A stretch of 64,000 nucleotides of DNA from Amoebophrya sp. A120 (lineage: Eukaryota; Protista; Dinoflagellata), in NCBI GenBank assembly GCA_905178155.1, contig CAJINV010000005.1, positions 798,564-862,563 on the forward strand, written 5' to 3'. Each line of letters begins with the position of its first letter. Positions within the stretch are counted from its first letter, which is position 1. The position numbers and the translations under genes were made by a program. Of this stretch, positions 1-12,400 are shown one piece after another. The notes beneath the pieces are model-generated. The model ran no database searches, was not told the DNA's origin, and saw only the letters and a list, made by a program, of their open reading frames with translations.

Positions 1-761
1 CCACCACGGGGCCCATTGTTCATATGCAGTAGCTCGAATTGCTCCTCTTCTTCGCCGGGTTCTTCGTCGTATTCCTCGTCCACCATATCTGTCGTCCAGG
101 GTCGGAGCCGCAGCAGAATCCTCGCGAACCGTTTCTCTTCCTCGAGCTTCTCCTGCTGATTCCACTGGGCACCGTCGGCCGGCTCGTTTCGGGTCAAGCG
201 CGTCCGGATCGACGCAAAAGACCGGCACGTCGTGGCGGACAAATCGTCGGCGATATCCAAGAACGCAGCTCTGTCCGGCACTTGGTAGTTGTGGAAGAAA
301 GGGTGGAGGAGCTGGTTGTCGGGATGACCCAGGATACTATTTTCACCCTCTGCGCCCACAAACTCCTGATCCAGCGCCAAAACCTCCGCCCGGATCTGCA
401 GCAAGTCATTCATCGTCTCCACGCTGCCGCTCGCGGTCTCGTTGGCGCTCCTGGCAAAGTGCCGCCTTTTGCACTTGTTTCGTTTGCCGTCTGCGCGCGC
501 GTGCGCGGTGTCCCAGTGCTTGAAGGCGGACAGCAGCGCGACGCCCTCCGCGTCCCAGCCGTTTGGCTGCCGGCAGAGAAGGCAACGCGGCCCCCACCAC
601 TTCCTGTCGTGGAAGGAGTCGGCATCTTGTGGGAGGGTCAGAATCCAGGGCGCAAGGTAGAAACTCCGCTCAGTCTCCGTGAGCAACTGCGCCGGGTTGC
701 CGCCGTTTCGGCTCGCCCGGTCGACTTCCTTTTTGATTTGCTGCTTGTTCATGATCGCCAT
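1..761 (-). CDS. Hypothetical protein, runs off the window start; possible Zn-binding CxxC...H..H segment
   Basis: The minus frame from ATG 761 (MAIMNKQQIKKEVDR...RCLLCRQP...FKHWDTAH...) stays open to base 1. The listed plus ORF 39..884 is its antisense shadow. Confidence 0.55.
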   Translation of the reverse strand, partial: MAIMNKQQIKKEVDRASRNGGNPAQLLTETERSFYLAPWILTLPQDADSFHDRKWWGPRCLLCRQPNGWDAEGVALLSAFKHWDTAHARADGKRNKCKRRHFARSANETASGSVETMNDLLQIRAEVLALDQEFVGAEGENSILGHPDNQLLHPFFHNYQVPDRAAFLDIADDLSATTCRSFASIRTRLTRNEPADGAQWNQQEKLEEEKRFARILLRLRPWTTDMVDEEYDEEPGEEEEQFELLHMNNGPRG

Positions 762-2173
762 CCGATGCTTTCCATGAACTTGAACACAACAGCTTTAGCT
801 ATGTACACTAGAGGCACGACAGCAGTGTCACTGGTAATTCTAACTCCTGCAACTCCTGCTCCTTCGTACTACTTCGTGTTATGAAGCCACAAACACAATT
901 GTTGCTGACAAGAAATGTACATGAATGGGGATGAGCCTGAAATTGTCGGACTTGGGGGAATTTGGTGACACTATGAATGCAGGTTTATCCCGGACCCACT
1001 TCTCCTTCTCACGTCTGCTCCTCCTGCACGTGGATTCGTATATCCAACCTATCGCTAGTCTCCGGAGAACGTCTCAAGAATCATCTCTGACAGTACATAG
1101 AACGACCTGCTGCTTCTTGCGAAAATTGTACGAAAACGAAAACCATAAAAACGAAAAGTCAGAAGGACGAATCAGAAACCAGCGCACACCCACATAAACT
1201 CTATCAACTGAGTCTGAGAATGACTTCCCGCCCGGTACCTAGCATAATAAACACTTGATTAACCCACGCATACGCAATGTCTGTGTGCAGGAACGAATCG
1301 ACTTGGACGACTTCAAGAGCGCTTACCCTTGCCCTTCTTCGCCCGACTATAAAACAAATGTACGTACGCAGCTGCGACTACGACGAACACCCTCTTTGTC
1401 GAGTGAAGAAATGTTGAAACCCCTTTACCTTCTCTTACCGGTGCGGGAAAAAATTATTCCAAATTTCATGTCAGTCCGGACGCTTAAATAAGTACATCAT
1501 GTACAGTTTGCTATGGTGGGTCAGGTCGTGTTTCCTAATATGGGTCCCAAAAAATGATGAACCGCGTTGCTCGTTCATGCTCCGCCCCTGGTGCTTCGCT
1601 TGTAGCATCGCAAATCCAACATGTGGTCTCACTTCGTCCCGTAGCCAATATGTAACATGATCGCTTCTTGTCAAGTGTGTCTAATAAGTAGAGTAAAAGT
1701 CGCTTAATTAAATGGAAATGAAATGATGTCTATTTTTAATTTTTCTTTTACAGTAGAAGGGCCGCGTGTACTAGTGGGGTTTGGGTTGTGTTTGCTACTT
1801 GATGACATTAACCTGTGTGCATTTGGTGTGGTACATTTGCATAATTCTTGCTGGCCTAGGTGGAGTGGCCGTCAAGATTTATTTCTTCATGGGTATAATG
1901 TACTCACAAGTAAAACCGCCCTGAATCTGCTACAGTGTCATGTTGGGGTGTGGCACGAAATTGATACTGGTAACAAAAACTGCTATACGTAAATTAGATT
2001 GATTGACCAACAAATAAATGTGTTTCGAAAAATTGTGCAAATGTAACTGCATATGTTCGTATTGTTCTCGTGACGACGAGTTGTCAAATTTCATTCATTA
2101 TACAGAACAAACTGGCTTCAAAATACTGGTGGGATAGAACGAGGTGTGCTGCTGAAGACAACGACGAGATCGC

Positions 2174-4341
2174 TTAGTCCGCTTCTGCCGCGGCGATTCG
2201 GCCCAGCCGCTGCAGCCCGAAGGTCGCGTAGAAGCCCTCGGGGGAGAGCCCGCCGGTTTTCACGGTGACTTGGTACCACTTCAGGAACTCCTCAAAGTCC
2301 ACCTCGCCCGAGTTATCCTGGTCCACATCCCGCCAGTAGGCGTCAAATCGCTCCTTCGAAATTTCGTTGCGGCTGCCCATAAACGCTTTCAGCACCTGTG
2401 GTGGTAGTTTGTTTGTATGTGATTTATTGGCAGCAATGAAAGTTCGCCTTCGCCTTCGCATGCAGATCTACTACAAAACTTCACGCCATTCGAAATAAGT
2501 TAGTACTTATGCTAAATTGTCATGCACGGAAGCATTTTATCTAAGCTCTACCCCTTTGAACTCGTCCTTGTCGATGAATCCGGAACCGTCTACGTCGAAC
2601 TCGTTGAACTTTGCTCGCAGCATTTCTGCGTCATCCACTGACACACCGACTTTCTTCGCCAATGCTCGGACCTGGAAGTAGATCAGGTTTCGCTTTTCAT
2701 CAAAAATTCCGTGCTTTTACTCTTATCAAGATCTTCACTACATTCAAGTTCAAGGAATTTGTGCATGAGAATTTTTTCATTGATGTTGCCAGAAAACAAC
2801 AACAAGTCTTCTTTACCAGCCTCCAAATGTGAAAACAGCTTCGTCGCAAAAAAACGATCTCAGACAATACTTCTCGTTTATTTCAAATGGTCCTCACAAA
2901 TCCAGTCTATCACTAGAGCTGGACGCTAGGAGGCCTTTTGGAAAACGTTTGTCATCATACGTTTTGATCGTGCTCGTGTTCGGAGAATGCTGTTCCTGTT
3001 CTCACAGGCCATACAAACTACATCGAAGAGCCCCATTCGTTTGTTGCGTCCTCATTTTTCAAAAAATAAAAAACCGCCGCACTATTATTGATATACATAT
3101 ACATCGATGAAGGTATACCTCAATGATTTCTGGTGGCAGGTTCTTTTCCATGTCGAATTCCTGTGCCATTTTGGTCAGCTTCGAGGTTTGTTCCTTGGAC
3201 ATAACCTTCAGGTCGGAGTTCTTTGGTCTTGCGCCCGCGTCTATCAAATGTAAAAATGTCTGGGTCTGGAAGAATGCAAGTTTGTCATGCATGTCTGGCA
3301 TGACTCTTAAATCTGTCATGCACATTACCAAGGAGCCCCACTTTTCTGTCATGCAGAAACGTAGTTTGTCATGCAGAATAGGCAACACCTAGAAGCTCAG
3401 AAACTTGTCATGCTGAGCCAGCAATTGTCGCCTCCTCATGATACGCCACACAGCATCACAAGTTTCATCCAGACCCAGACATTTTTACATTTGATAGCGT
3501 CCTCCGCCATCAGCTTGCAGGCACTGATGATCATGTGTGGCGCCTTTTCCCAGGCCAACTGGAATTCTACCCGCCAGTACCTCGCCGGCTCCTCGCATCG
3601 CCAGGAAACCTTTCGTGTGGTGTGTGAGAGGTCGTGCAGTCTATGTCGGGTGTGGTCTTGGAACAAGAATGTTCTTTCGAAATCAAAATCACAGAGGAGA
3701 ATAGTCTTTGAAGAAGCAAGCAGAATTTTTTCAGAAGAAAGCAAACAAAAATCATATGATCATCCACATGCACGAGCACGTTTACTTGTTCCAAAACCCA
3801 ATAGAAGTACCTCGAGATCCTCATTTTCCTTTGGGCAGAAGACTCTCTTGGCGGGCAACCAGGAGCATCGGGCGTCGGGGCCGAGCTCGTTTTCTTGTGT
3901 GTAGGAGACGGAGACGCACTTCGGGTTGTAGCTGATATCGTCCTGCACGGTGTCGCACCCGAGTAATGTAAATTGGATTGACGTCAGCGATACCTGTTGT
4001 TTTGATAAAGATGATAACGAATCGAAAAGAAGTGCAAGTTGTCCACAACCCGTAGTATATTTTTGAGTCGTACTGGATTCTTGTCATGTATCCACGAGCT
4101 AAGCGACTATTACCTTTCTTCCGAAATCGTAGATGATCTCGTGTGGTTTGGCGTCATGGGATTTCCAGTAGCAGTCGTGGTCTTTGGCGGCCTGTTTGAG
4201 GGTGATCTCGGAGGTGTTCTTCAGAATTTTTGCGTCCTCGCCGATATCGTACATCGCGCCCATGAAACTGGAACCGCGACGACCCCCCTGCGCGCCCGCA
4301 TCCCCACCGCCACCGATGGAACCACGGGTGATTTTTGACAT
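2174..4341 (-). CDS. Multi-exon EF-hand calcium-binding protein, with a possible N-terminal galactose-binding/discoidin-like domain
   Basis: EF-hand loops FDVDGSGFIDKDEF (exon ~2551-2671) and VDQDNSGEVDFEEF (exon 2174-2395). Upstream exons at ~3117-3236, 3497-3640, 3810-3945 and 4110-4341. Removing the element at 3242 joins MAEDA to GARPKNSD in frame. Confidence 0.7.
3242..3496. mobile_element. Introner-like TIR element, family A (255 bp)
   Basis: Perfect ~29-bp TIR tatcaaatgtaaaaatgtctgggtctgga; TSD gcgtc on both sides. Confidence 0.95.
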
Positions 4342-5172
4342 CTAGTATTGGAGCGGAGCTTGTTGAAAAAATTACTCAGAAAAACTTCCTAATGTACAGA
4401 GAAAGAGATAGGAAATGACAATGGGAGTAGGTGTTGTTGCGCGGGCATATAAATGTGGTGTATGAAGACGTAAAAGTGAATGAAAGTATTGAAAAAATGG
4501 GGGCGAGTACAAGTTTGAGAATCGGGCCAAAGGAAGGGGACCACGACTGACCGCGATTTGGATGAAAGAAACCGTAATTTGGACGTCGTTCTTGCTGACG
4601 TGAACTTCTCACGAGTATTTTGCCGCCGAAGCCATGCTGAGTGAGAACGATGAAAAAAACGATTGGAAAAAAATTATCAGTCAGCACGAAAAAAAACCGA
4701 TGGCGTTCTTTCGATGGACGTCGTTATTCGTTTTGCGCAAAACCGAATCGGGATTTATACTTCTTCGTGTACGATTTGTGTGTGGCCAGGCTGTACGAGT
4801 TTGTATTCAGGGACGACGTGAAACACTGTACGTCTATGTCTTTTAGTTTCACAGGACAGAAAAGCTGCAGCTTTCCACCTCGAAGTCGGGTTTATATCCA
4901 AGTACCCATCACAAAACACAAAAACTTGTGCTGCCATTCATAGAAAATGTGAATCATACCGGTATCAAATCATAATCGACGTACGAAGCCTCAAGGTCAA
5001 GGTGAAATTGTTCAGAGTAGAGCAGCGCTGATAACAAATATTAATATGCATGAATGGATGTAATGTGCTGCAAAAAACAATAACAAATCCAAAAATGGCC
5101 CGACGTTGGAAACCTTGTGAGTCAGCCTCACTTTCTGTCAGATGAAAATAATCAATTTATAAATAGTGCGTT

Positions 5173-8100
5173 CTACCCCCCGGGCAGGTCTCTTTTACTT
5201 CTCATGCTGCTGTATGTCCTGTACGGCACATTCGGGTATTCTTGTGCGTGTAATTCCCTTTCACGCGACTCAAGGTGCCGCATGAAGCCCAATTGCAGGA
5301 CTTCCACATTGCAGACCTCCGGCTCCACCTTGTTGAGTTGCTCCCCGACCGATGCGGAGTTGCTGGAACTGCGCGAAGATGTATTCGAGCTCGAGCTCGA
5401 GGAGCGCGTCCGCATGAAAGTCCTCGTCTCTTTCCGGCTCGCAGATCCCGAAGAGCCGCCTGGCGCTTCCACAGACCCCGGATTCACCACTCCCCCCAGG
5501 TTCCTCACGGGCACCCAGTCCTTGACTTCCGCGTTTGCTCCCCAATTCGCATTTCCGGTTTCCCGCTGCTTCTTCTCTTTCTTCCGTCGCCATTCGCCTT
5601 TCACGGGAGAAGGTTCCAATTCTCCATAGATGCTTTGCGCGAAAGTCTTCAAGACACCGTACTTAAGTTGCTTGATCGGATTCACCGCGACACCATCGGA
5701 TCCGTAGTTTTGGATTACAGTGCCTCTGCTTTGGTCCAGTCTTTGTGCTAGCTTCGGCTCATACTCAATGCCCCATTTAATCAGATCCACCTCCGTCCTG
5801 TCCCAGTGCGTGCCCGCCGTGCCGCCGTCCAGCCGGGGCACCTCGTCGCCCGCGCGACGGTAAAACGCCGCCTGTTTCGGATCTTCGTGTAAATCGATCG
5901 TGGGCATGCGGTGCAGGTCGAAGGAAACTAGATGAAACTCTGGCGCGCCTTCCTCCTCTTCCGCCTCCTCTGAGATAGCAAATGAATAGCTCTGCCGATA
6001 TTCGGCGGTGTTCGCGAAGGCCAGAATGACGCTCGGAACATACTGCGTCCCCGAGGAGGATCCTTTATTTGCCCCTTGTCCTATTCTTGCGGCGCTTGCC
6101 GCGCTCAGCCCCGCGATGCCTTTGCGCAGTTCACCGACAACCCAGCTTGAGGACAACGGATTCACAAACACTGCTTCGTTTTTCAGCGGGGCAACGACCT
6201 CCAACTGTGATACGGTACCTGTGCCAACGCTCGTGCCGGAGGTTGGCGACAATACCGGCCCGCCAGCTCCCCCACCATTAAGATTGAGGCTCGTCTCCTG
6301 CCGCTGCATTTGCAAACGACGCTGCTGCTGCTGCTGCTGCTCTGCCTCCTCGTTGTGATACAGTTTTGTCTCAAAATCGTAGTAGCCCGCAATGTAGTAG
6401 TTTGCTGCGTGCTGCGACAAATCACCAAACATTTTGAAAAGACTGGGACCGTCCAGCATGTAGGCATCCGCGGGAAGATCTAGCGGCTCCGGTTTCAAAT
6501 TGCAGCGCATCATCAATTCGTGAAACATGCCCCACTGCGAGTTGCAGTACAAGCACACGAATGTATTGTCGTGGAACAACGGCTGCCCGTCCGTTCGCCT
6601 GCTCTGCGAGTTTTGCAGATGCCGCATGTGCTTCAAAACGCTCAGGTGCGCTCGCTCCCGAGCCTTCCACCTGTGCGACATCATATCGTGTGCCCGATTC
6701 GCAGAACCGCGCAGGTCGAATTCATTGACCTTCAGCTCGTCTTTTCCGTGCAAATGAATGAAGGCCGCGAAACTCGTTTTCAAGCGGCTGGCGACGACAA
6801 CCACCAATCCGTCCATCAAATCTTGCTGATGGATGGCGTCCCGCGGCTTGGCCTCCATCACTTGCCGGTTCCAGGCGGGATTCCCGTCGTGCGCCTTCTC
6901 CCAGACTGGGGTCGCGTAGGTCGGGTATGACCCACACCGCGCAAATTGCGGGTAGCGGACACTCGAGGTGAATTCCGAGGTAGTAGCACCGCTTTCCTGT
7001 AGAACCGGATTAAACTCAGTCGTGTACACTTCTTCGTAAAACTTCAGTGCCGCCTCCTGGGCGGCAATGGTCATGTAGATGTGCGCCAGAGCTGTCTACG
7101 GGCGGTACTGCGTTGGGAGTCATCCCGCTCTGAAAGGCAAGCTTCTCGTCTGACCGTGCGTGTCTTACGGCATTCCAGGCTGGGACTCCAAAAATCAGAG
7201 CGAACATACCGACAAACTTGGCTTTGAAAATTTCCGCGAACGGGTAGTGCAAAGGAAGGTACCGCAGGAAAAAGGTCTGCTGAAGGGTCGGCTTTAGTTC
7301 GTCTGTCACCTCGTCCCTCTCTCCAAACATTTTCTTGAACCAGTCCCCGTAGATAGCTTGTTCCACACCATCGAGGAATTCTTTCGTCAGATCTGCATCT
7401 GCAATTCGATCCCAGTGCTCTTGCTTCAGACCGTTGACGATGTCGTGTTTCAAGAATGTGAGGCTGCTCTGCACCTCTCCGAGCCTATTTTTTCTTTCAA
7501 AGACAACTTGATCCGGGTACGAAAAAACTTGCGACCTACGCCGACCCCGGCCTCGCCGGTACGCTTCCATTTTCAGCCGCTCCTGCTCTTCGTCATCCGC
7601 CACAGCGCACCGCTCTTCCACGGCCGGCATGCGAATTCCGCGGGCCATCGCCTCAGCGTCGAATTCCTGTGACCGGGCCTCCGCGCACGCTCGTGCGGCT
7701 GGGGTCTCAGGCTCACTGCCGCCCCGTTCAGGAGTTGAACCGAAGGAGCTGGATTTGGCCAAAGAGCTCGGCTGCCGCGATGAAGAGGACAGCGACCGAG
7801 GCTGCGATTCAGAACGAGAACGCGAGGGGGAAAGACTTCTAGAACGCGACCTGGACCGCGCGAAAGCTTTCCCTCGCCTCTCGGGTAGAACACTAGGCAC
7901 CGGTTGACTTTCTGGGTTGTACGGAGAAGCTGCATCCGCTGCGCTGACTAAGGTGCCAGGTGCTGCTGGTGGACTCACCTCATCTGCGGCCGCGCTGGGT
8001 CCTGCATTGTCTTTGCCCCACTGGTAGCGCGATTCATTACTGCTCCCGCGGCGAGCCGTTGGCCGACCACGAGCAGCGGGAGACAAGGGCCACGAACGCA

Positions 8101-8425
8101 CAGGAGAACCGCGGCGTTCTTGGCCAGGCGGTGCGGTTGAGCCCAGAGAAGACGAGGACCCACTTCCGCCAGATACAGGTCCAGGCTCATTCCAGCTGGG
8201 CTCTGCTTCATGGCCTACTGCAGCAGCGAGCTCTTCTGTAGTTTGACCTCCAGCCGCGGTTGTTCCTGTTCGTTTTGATGTGCCCGGGCCGGGGGCCGCG
8301 GCGGCCTGATTTTCAGCGAAAGGTACAAGAAACCCGGAATTATCTTCTGCAGCTCCGTGCAGCAACAGGAGCGTTGCAAGACAAGCGAATCTGCCTTGCA
8401 AAAGCTTCTTACCAACGGCCTCCAT
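5173..8425 (-). CDS. Hypothetical secreted protein encoded by two overlapping ORFs (7016..8425 and 5173..7074), probably one gene
   Basis: N-terminal hydrophobic signal (FACLATLLLLHGAAE) followed by an S/R-rich low-complexity region. A frame change occurs near 7075-7100. No family recognised. Confidence 0.55.
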
Positions 8426-9442
8426 TTTCGTGGCAGACGAAGATCATCCGTGAGGTTAACCTTAACTGTCAGATCTACTTCGAAAAAACATGAAAATCGT
8501 TTGAAATCTGGACCAATGTTTGTAGCGGGCACTGAGGGTGCGTGGGACTGAAGATGCGACGAAAAGACGACTCGATTTCTGTCCGATGCGAGCGCTAAGC
8601 GTTAACAAGTGCTTCTGAAGGGCCACGTAGAGAAAGACAATCCACCGACCTGGAAGACAAGCGTACCGAAGATTGCACGATACACCACGACCAGAAAGCA
8701 ACCGATATTCGACCGGGAAAGACAGCGAAAACCGATGTGGGTTACCGTGTAAACGAGACCGTGACCGACTTTCGCTGCTAAAATTGCGAGTTGTGCACCA
8801 CAATGTGTCCGTACAACCGACAATGACCATAAAAAAATTACCCTCTCCTTTTCTTTTTTATATCTTTGTAGTTTTTCCGACCGAGTAAATACATCACAAA
8901 GCGCTAATGCTAACGCGACAATAAATCTGGTTCAAGCCTCTAGACGAAGTGCGTTTTTGTCTCATTGTTATTTCCAACAAGCTCTCTGTTTTTTTCTCTA
9001 CGTCCTCATAGGAAATCAGAGCGACTTTCGCAAAAAAGCAATGTGGTCCTGCCCTCGAGTTCATTGCAAAATTCTATCTGGGAATTTTCACTTCATTTTC
9101 CGCCAGCTGGAATACAGATTTGGCTTCTTAGTTTTGGCAAAAAGAAAACCACAACCACTTCAACAGCTGCTTCTAGTACTTACGCTATGTCATTAAATCA
9201 TTTTCCTTTAAGATCAAAAACTTCGGCAAACAAAGGTTATATTCTCAGCAAGCGAACATGGAATTCTGCGGTGGCGGTGGCAAGGCCAGTGCAGCTTTCT
9301 ACACTGCAATAACCCTGCCGACCAAACGCAAGACATACTTAAAATCTTCCGTTGTAAAAAATTTTCAAACAAATTTCATCTGGAACTGCGCAAAAAAAAA
9401 ACATTTACCATTGGTTTACCATCATCTCCCGACGTCCTCAAC

Positions 9443-12400
9443 CTACACGGGCGACCTGCCACTGCTGGTGTTTCTGTTTCTCTCGTCATATGTCCTGATT
9501 TCCAACGTACAGGAGTGTTCGTCTTCGCTGACCGGCGAGCTGGAGGTGTTCGTGAATTCCATCTCTTCGTCACTGTACTGCTTCAGCAAGCGCCCGGACA
9601 GCATGTACCAACCCAAGAGCAGCAACAAGGTGTAGATCGACAGCAGGAAGAAAACCAAAAAAATCAACAAACAAATCGCAAGGGCCGGGACGTGGTCCCA
9701 CAAAGTGGTGAACTGCAGCCAGTACAAATGGACGACCTCGACGAGCAAGAGCCAGTTCCGCTGCAGAATGGTAAAAGAGGCCTCTTTATCACATGCAAAA
9801 GTGTCTGGGTCTGGAAGGTTGCAACTTGTGACGCGTGTTGCGGATCATACAAAAATCTGTGTTGCATGACTTGCAAAAGGTCCCCATTTCTGGCCATGCT
9901 GAGAGGGCATTTCTCATGCAGAATAGGCATGTCCAAGGGGCTCCAGAACCTGTGACGCTACGCCCTGCATTGCAGACTTGGTGGAGCTTAGAGAAACTGC
10001 ATGACAACTCTCGGAATCTTCCAGACCCAGACATATTTGCAATGCATACTCTTCCCGGTTGTGCTCGGACAAAGGGGGGTGTTTGAACGCAAGCATGGTG
10101 TATGGAAGTGTCAGGTTTGAAATCGACAAAGTTGAAATAATTTCTCATGCATAAATTGCAAGGCATGAAGTGTCTCTCTTGCAGGGATGGCAAGTGAAGC
10201 CGACTGTCAGCCTGCTTGGGGTCTGCGACAGAGATGCTAAAGCAGCATGACAAAAGACGCCGTCTGTCCCTAAACAGCATGACAAACTGGATTTAGACGG
10301 TGCCGAAATTTGTCATGCACCGCTTAGAAATTGGGCTTCCAACTGGTATCGATTTTATGCATTACAAGTTATTTCAACTTTGTCGATGTCAAACCTGACA
10401 CTCCCATATGGTGTCGGCGAACCGTAACGCGATATTCGAAAGCTCGTGGAACGTGCTGTCCCCGTTCTCTACCCGATCAAGGAAGAGGTGGGGCAGAAGT
10501 TTCTCCTTCAACAAAAAGATCCCCGGACTGCCGTGGTTAGAGGAAGCACTAGTACTACTGCTTGTCGATCTACTACTACCTTGTTGTGGTCCACCTCCTG
10601 TGCTGGCAAGTATCTGTTCTCTTTTTGGCACCATTTCCATCTGCCTCACCAACAGTAAATGTTGCTGCTTCACCTTTTCTGTTGATGACACTTGGGCTGA
10701 AGCTCTCTGATTCGCGACGAGCATGCGCTCCGCGTTCTGCTGCAGGTGCTGCATCGCGGAACTTTGATGTTGCTGTAGTCCACCACCAGCATTGATTCCT
10801 CCGAAAACAAACTGCTCTTGCTCTAAATTGCGCAAGCCCTCAGCATCCAATTGTTGAGCACCGTTCAACAATATTGAAGCCCCATCAAAGTTTAACAACT
10901 GCGCGGCTGCTTCCCTCCAAGCCTGTCGCAACGCTGTAACCCGGTCGGTTTCCAACTCCGCGCTGGACCAGCGGAGGGCGGTAGGGCCGTTGATCAAAGT
11001 GAGGAAAGTGATCCCCAAGGCGAACATGTCGTCCACCGGGACGGACAAATGCCGACAGTTTTTCTGCATCAAGCAGAACTGCTTCAGCGGTAAAGCGAAG
11101 CCCTGTGCGAAGGAAACCGCGGGCTGAAGCTTCGGAACCGTCAAACCGAAGTCCACGATTGTTAGTTCGAGAAATTCGAACCGGCTCGTAGCTTTTTGGA
11201 AGTTGTAGTTGTTGTGTCCACCAGCATAGTAAGAACCTGGTGCATGTCCACCTCCACCTGGGTAGCGAAAATTATTATTCTGCAATTCATTTTCCGCTTG
11301 CTCTGTACTCTCCACCGTTATGCCCAACGACCACATGGCAGGAAACCGAATGTTCAACAGCGCCCGTTTCAGCGTCAAAAGCGCACTTAACTCCTCCTTG
11401 GAAGCGGATCCTCTCGTTGAGGAGAACAACGACGACCCACTCCCAGCACCCGAGGCAGCTCCGTTGATATGCAAACCGAACCTGTCCCCCAGCTGATCGA
11501 CGATGTACGCTTGCTCTTTCTGATACGCGAACGTGTCGGCTCCCCAGGCGTTCTTGCTCTTGAAGTTTTCCTGGTTTTGGTTTTCCAGTTCATTCCCAAT
11601 TCCACCGCTCGCGTACGACAATTTCCCCTCAAGCGTGACCACATTCGCGACATCTTCATACAGTGCCCTGATCCCTTCGACCAACTTCGATTTCTGGAGT
11701 AAAATGTTCCCGCCCTGCACGTCATTGTGGACAAGATGCAGATCCGCGTGCAGGAACAGAAGGGCGTTCTGGAGCCGTGCGAACACCCGCGAGTACAGGT
11801 AACTCGTCACCTGCGCCTCGATGTTGTCGCGCATTTGCTGGAGAGCGGTGACTTCGGGATAGGGGTGGAAGTTGGAGAAGGCGGAGAGAAGGTAGGTTTC
11901 GTACAGAGTCGGGAACAAATCTTTCTGCAGCAAGTGAGGCACCGCATCGAGAGGTATGGAGTCGCTGACGTAGTCCAGAACCATGTAAAAGCCCTTTTTC
12001 AACTTGTTCTGGAAGAAGTCGAGCACCGGGTCAGCGAAATGTTGACCTGTTGCACCACTACTTGTCAGAGAAGATGACCCGTGCTCGTCTCGTGAAAGAT
12101 CCTGCTGCTGTTTCGCGTATTCATTTTGCATCTGCAGCAGCTCCTGCGTTGTGGCTGGCAACGTGAGTTGACTTTGGTCCACGTGGCAATTTGGAAAGGG
12201 GTTTTTCAGTTCAAACTGCCCTTTCGGGAAAAACCCAGCCGCCACCTTCTGCTCCCAGGCATTGTGTGCCTGAAACATGAGTTGGCACTCGCGCCGGAGG
12301 GTGGGGAGGTAAGTTTGGACAATGTGCTCCCGAATCCTCTGATACTGTTCCCGCATTTCGTCGCTCACCTCCGTTTCCCCTCGCTCATCTTTCAGTAAGC

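Noticed and set aside
39-884. 281-aa plus-strand ORF, and similar long plus ORFs such as 22835..23755, 36531..37523 and 48185..49147
   Set aside because: These are antisense shadows of GC-rich minus-strand genes, with no recognisable motifs.
3059-3904. Recurring peptides FQTQTFLHLI / KCKNVWVWK / KNVPTPE across many small ORFs, suggesting a protein family
   Set aside because: They are translations of element TIRs, not genes.
6750-6830. LMDGLVVVVA...AAFIHLHG resembling a CheD/CNF1-like deamidase core
   Set aside because: The expected catalytic Cys is absent and the similarity is too short to call.
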